Sequence record: MN850579.1 | Direction: 5' to 3' (one strand) | Source: Escherichia phage mogra | DNA length: 64,000 nt | Program-made: the position numbers and the translations under genes | The notes under the pieces: model-generated | What the model was told of the DNA's origin: nothing | What the model saw: only the letters and a program-made list of their open reading frames with translations | The model's database searches: none | In this document: positions 60,882 to 64,000 of the stretch, piece after piece | Numbering within the stretch: position 1 is the first letter of the stretch | Layout: each line of letters begins with the position of its first letter

Positions 60882-61832
60882 ATGACACGTTCACATTACA
60901 TTGAATACTTTGCCGGTCTTATCGCTAACGTTCATGCCCAACGTGCTTCTGGTTCATTAGGATTTGATGTTCCACACCGAGATGTAGTAAGTGGTATTCT
61001 TCGCGATTTTGGTACATACACAGGCCAAGAAAATCATATCTGTAAAGATACTCAAAATGCATATTCTCATTCACTAGGGACGCTGCTTCAATGGTTCAAA
61101 CGTTCTCGTTTATTATCTTCTACTGTAGCTCGCGATAACATTAAAAACTTTATGAAACCGAGCTTTATTAAATCTGTGACATCTAAAACCGATTTGGTTG
61201 AATTCACTATTGTTAATGATGTTAAAAAGACTCATTTGGCTGATTGGTTATCTACCATTCCTGAAACTAAATTTGCTGATAAATTTGCTTGTGAATTCAA
61301 TAAACAAGTGAATATGCTTTTTAAACATTCTCGTAAATTATTCACTGGCGGTGATGGCCGTACAAATAAAGTTCATGTTAAAGATTGGGTTACTGCAGTA
61401 TTCAAACCAACTGGTAATGGTAACGCATCATTATCAATTGATATCCAGGTTCCTTATTACTACTCACGTAATCTCGGCACCATGAAAGCCGAAGAAATTA
61501 ATAAGCACAACAAAACTATTCGTTCGTTGTCTTATAAACTTATTACATTGTTAGAGACTATGGATGTTGTTGAAACGTTCGACGAATCCGAAGATAACGG
61601 TTCAATGTTATATAGTTCTCGTACCCGAATTAAGTTGAAGAACCCTAACGAGTATAAACTTAAGACTATTAAAGAACCTAAAGTAGAAAAAGTTGACAAC
61701 TTGAGCGAAGAACGTGAGTACCTCAAATCTCGTCTGAAAGAAGTCGAAGCCCAGATTGCAGAACAAACTAAATCGTTAAAAGCTCTGAATGCGAAAGCGG
61801 ATGGTTTACGAAATGCCATTGAGGTGTTATAA
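60882..61832 (+). CDS. Hypothetical protein with C-terminal coiled coil
   Basis: 316 aa. Confidence 0.65.
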   Translation: MTRSHYIEYFAGLIANVHAQRASGSLGFDVPHRDVVSGILRDFGTYTGQENHICKDTQNAYSHSLGTLLQWFKRSRLLSSTVARDNIKNFMKPSFIKSVTSKTDLVEFTIVNDVKKTHLADWLSTIPETKFADKFACEFNKQVNMLFKHSRKLFTGGDGRTNKVHVKDWVTAVFKPTGNGNASLSIDIQVPYYYSRNLGTMKAEEINKHNKTIRSLSYKLITLLETMDVVETFDESEDNGSMLYSSRTRIKLKNPNEYKLKTIKEPKVEKVDNLSEEREYLKSRLKEVEAQIAEQTKSLKALNAKADGLRNAIEVL

Positions 61833-62137
61833 TGAAACTACGTCTTTTAGAGGATATTGATATGAGCACTAATCATGGCTTGGTTAAGTTTATTGATGAT
61901 AGTTCAAAGATTGAATTTGTTCAGCGAGATAAAATCCACGGTGAAGAAAAGTTCGTTCCTCCGGCATGGAACGAAATAATGAAAATGGTTGAACGACGTG
62001 AAAATGCTGCCAAATCGGCAGCAAAACATCCATGTCCGGAATGTGGAACTATCCAAGTCCAACTGGTTAACTGGGCCAGTGATAACTTGAAATTGAAATG
62101 CCGTAAATGCTTCCACAAATTTGAGAGAACATTATAA
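61832..62137 (+). CDS. Zinc-ribbon small protein
   Basis: 101 aa; CPECG...CRKC. Confidence 0.6.
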   Translation: MKLRLLEDIDMSTNHGLVKFIDDSSKIEFVQRDKIHGEEKFVPPAWNEIMKMVERRENAAKSAAKHPCPECGTIQVQLVNWASDNLKLKCRKCFHKFERTL

Positions 62138-62544
62138 TGAGATATAGCCTTCGTTGTTTTATCGCAGCTTTAGTTTTTGCTATTATTCCATTCATTTGGA
62201 ACAGCCAGAATACTTACATGGAAACTAAAGTAATTCCTGTGGAGGTAGTGGAATTAATCTCAGGCCAATCTACAGGAAAATATTCTAAATTAGAATTTAT
62301 TGCAGTCTATAAAGATGAGCAAGGACGAGTTTTTGACAGGCGTGTATCACCTTCGTTTTATACGCTTCTGAATAAAGGTGATACGATAGCTATAGAAATT
62401 CGTGAGATGGATATCAAACAAACTACTAAAGATAACTTGATTTGGTTCTTTGGTACAGTGTTGTTGGTTTCTATCTGTATCACAGGTTTTATTACATGTA
62501 TTGTATTTGGCATTGCATATTTAATCGATGAAAGGAAAAAATAA
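62137..62544 (+). CDS. Membrane protein
   Basis: 135 aa; N- and C-terminal TM helices. Confidence 0.6.
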   Translation: MRYSLRCFIAALVFAIIPFIWNSQNTYMETKVIPVEVVELISGQSTGKYSKLEFIAVYKDEQGRVFDRRVSPSFYTLLNKGDTIAIEIREMDIKQTTKDNLIWFFGTVLLVSICITGFITCIVFGIAYLIDERKK

Positions 62545-62807
62545 TGTTTAAAGTGTACGGGTATGACTCTACTATTCATAAATGCATTTATTGTGATAAT
62601 GCGAAACGATTGCTGACTGTTAAGAAACAGCCGTTCGAATTCATTAATGTTATGCCAGAAAAAGGTGTATTCGATGAAGAAAAAATTGCTGAGCTTCTGG
62701 CTAAGCTTGGACGTGAAACACATGTTGGATTGACGATGCCTCAGGTGTTTGCTCCTGATGGAACTTCGATCGGTGGCTTTGATCAACTGCGAGAATATTT
62801 TAAATGA
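62544..62807 (+). CDS. nrdC: Thioredoxin/glutaredoxin NrdC
   Basis: 87 aa; MFKVYGYDSTIHKCIYCDNAKRLL...GGFDQLREYFK near-identical to T4 NrdC; CxxC present. Confidence 0.95.
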   Translation: MFKVYGYDSTIHKCIYCDNAKRLLTVKKQPFEFINVMPEKGVFDEEKIAELLAKLGRETHVGLTMPQVFAPDGTSIGGFDQLREYFK

Positions 62808-63160
62808 CATATTCATTAAATCTTAAAGATTTCCAAGATGTATACGAAGTTTGTGCCAATGAACTTGGTCCTGATGCTCCAACTATTATTGAAGTTTTAA
62901 ATGTGCTCCCTTCATCATTAGCTTACGAAGCCAAATCATGGGGTTGGAACGACACTGTCGTTCGTGATGACCTTTACGTCCTGATGAACGATATGATGGT
63001 TAAAAAGGCAGAACCGGTTGCACCAATGGTTACCATTACCGTTGAAGAATATAATCGCCTGCAAGCCATTGAAGAGCTTCTGTGGAACATTGAATGTGAC
63101 CTGCCGTCAGGGCTAGAATCCTGGATTGATTATGAAGAGCTCAATAAACTCCGGGGTTAA
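62804..63160 (+). CDS. Hypothetical protein
   Basis: 118 aa, ATGA overlap with nrdC. Confidence 0.6.
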   Translation: MTYSLNLKDFQDVYEVCANELGPDAPTIIEVLNVLPSSLAYEAKSWGWNDTVVRDDLYVLMNDMMVKKAEPVAPMVTITVEEYNRLQAIEELLWNIECDLPSGLESWIDYEELNKLRG

Positions 63161-63299
63161 GCCATGGTATTCGGCTCGATGGGAAACTGTCGAGCCAGAC
63201 GTCGAAACAGTTTACAACGACGAAGAAACGTGTTATGATGAACCTACAGTAAACGATATGATTGATTTGGAAATGGGAAGAGATTATTATGCAAGTTAA
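63132..63299 (+). CDS. Small acidic hypothetical protein (55 aa), overlapping
   Basis: +1-frame ATG inside end of upstream gene; below ORF-track cutoff. Confidence 0.3.
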   Translation: MKSSINSGVKPWYSARWETVEPDVETVYNDEETCYDEPTVNDMIDLEMGRDYYAS

Positions 63300-63459
63300 A
63301 TTATTGTACCGTTTATTAAAAAATGGCAAGCATGATTGGTATTTGCTTATTAAAACCGATCCGAATTTTTTCTCCGGACGACCATTTACGGTTCGACCAA
63401 CTAAACGTCAGCTTCGCAAAGCGAAACGCACGCATCGCAACTTTTATAGAGGATATTGA
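63289..63459 (+). CDS. Small highly basic protein (56 aa)
   Basis: MQVKLLYRLLKNGKHDWYLL...RQLRKAKRTHRNFYRGY. Confidence 0.45.
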   Translation: MQVKLLYRLLKNGKHDWYLLIKTDPNFFSGRPFTVRPTKRQLRKAKRTHRNFYRGY

Positions 63460-63460
63460 T

Positions 63461-63886
63461 ATGAATATTTCTGACACACATGGTAAATGGTTCAAGATTG
63501 TTAAAGAAGATGAAGAACTACAAGTCAAGTTTCCTGAATTAAAGAAAGATACAATCATCAAGGTAATTGGTACTACGACCGAAGATGGTTATGGCGACCA
63601 TGGCATTATTGAAGTGATGTTGAACACTGGTGAGAAACTTTGCATCTATGACCGTGATACTTCTCTTTGGTGCTTCTGGGAATCACATTCAATAGATGAA
63701 CTCGAAGAAATTGATTCGGCTGATATTGCGGGTGTGCTAGGTAGTAAACTTGGCGAATTCGAAGGTGAACGAATTTCTTATGCATTAGCTAAATTAGCCG
63801 GACAAGAAAATAACGACGGCTATGAAGGTAACCTGATGCAAGCAGCCGCAGAATACATTGAATATTTAGAAAGACGTTTAAGTTAA
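63461..63886 (+). CDS. Hypothetical protein
   Basis: 141 aa from ATG 63461 (ORF-track 63323 start rejected). Confidence 0.6.
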   Translation: MNISDTHGKWFKIVKEDEELQVKFPELKKDTIIKVIGTTTEDGYGDHGIIEVMLNTGEKLCIYDRDTSLWCFWESHSIDELEEIDSADIAGVLGSKLGEFEGERISYALAKLAGQENNDGYEGNLMQAAAEYIEYLERRLS

Positions 63887-63891
63887 TAAAT

Positions 63892-63916
63892 ACCCTTATC
63901 TATTTAAGGTAAGGGT
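63892..63916 (+). terminator. Terminator-like hairpin
   Basis: ACCCTTA...TAAGGGT 7-bp stem then TTTAT. Confidence 0.4.
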
Positions 63917-63921
63917 TTATC

Positions 63922-64000
63922 ATGTTATTATCAGGCGCAAAATATAAAGAAGAAAAACAAAAATTTTATGATGCACAGAACGGTAAGTGTCCTATTTGCC
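63922..64000 (+). CDS. 49: Endonuclease VII (gene 49) N-terminus; continues beyond window
   Basis: MLLSGAKYKEEKQKFYDAQNGKCPIC matches the T4 endo VII N-terminus including the first Zn-binding Cys pair. Confidence 0.85.
   Translation, partial: MLLSGAKYKEEKQKFYDAQNGKCPIC

Noticed and set aside
62358-62816. 152-aa minus-strand ORF
   Set aside because: Antisense to nrdC and the neighbouring membrane protein gene

Overview
This window reads as a T4-like (Tevenvirinae/Straboviridae) coliphage genome segment, reverse-complemented relative to the usual T4 map. All gene identifications rest on reading the translated ORFs and on remembered T4 proteins and gene order; no database search or folding program was run. 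Positions 1-31200 hold the late morphogenesis module on the minus strand (gp24, gp23, gp22, gp21, gp68, gp67, gp20, gp19, gp18, gp17, gp16, gp15, gp14, gp13, fibritin, gp12 to gp5, gp53), punctuated by TATAAATA late promoters and hairpin terminators. Its only apparent insertion is a GIY-YIG Seg-like homing endonuclease gene between neck genes 13 and 14. Positions 31200-64000 hold plus-strand genes: gp4, gp2, gp3, gp1, 57A, 57B (Acb1-type 2H phosphoesterase), a T4-like early 'hyperplastic' region, and the start of gene 49. Recognisable anchors in that region are two tRNAs (CAU and UCU anticodons), Nudix NudE, endolysin e, DenV, RegB, a GrcA-like glycyl-radical cofactor, thymidine kinase, rI and NrdC. 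Between the anchors lie dozens of small cassette-like ORFs, many preceded by a sigma70-type early promoter embedded in a stem-loop (PeSL-like). The most interesting content is: (a) seven genes carrying the T4 capsid-targeting sequence, so likely packaged and injected proteins; (b) two divergent nucleotidyltransferase-fold proteins; (c) a macro-domain protein and a secreted SLT transglycosylase; (d) an AAA+ ATPase followed by three unrecognised coiled-coil proteins; (e) paralogous small-gene families with conserved C-terminal/junction motifs; and (f) an early-promoter cassette copied into the gene 23/24 late intergenic region.
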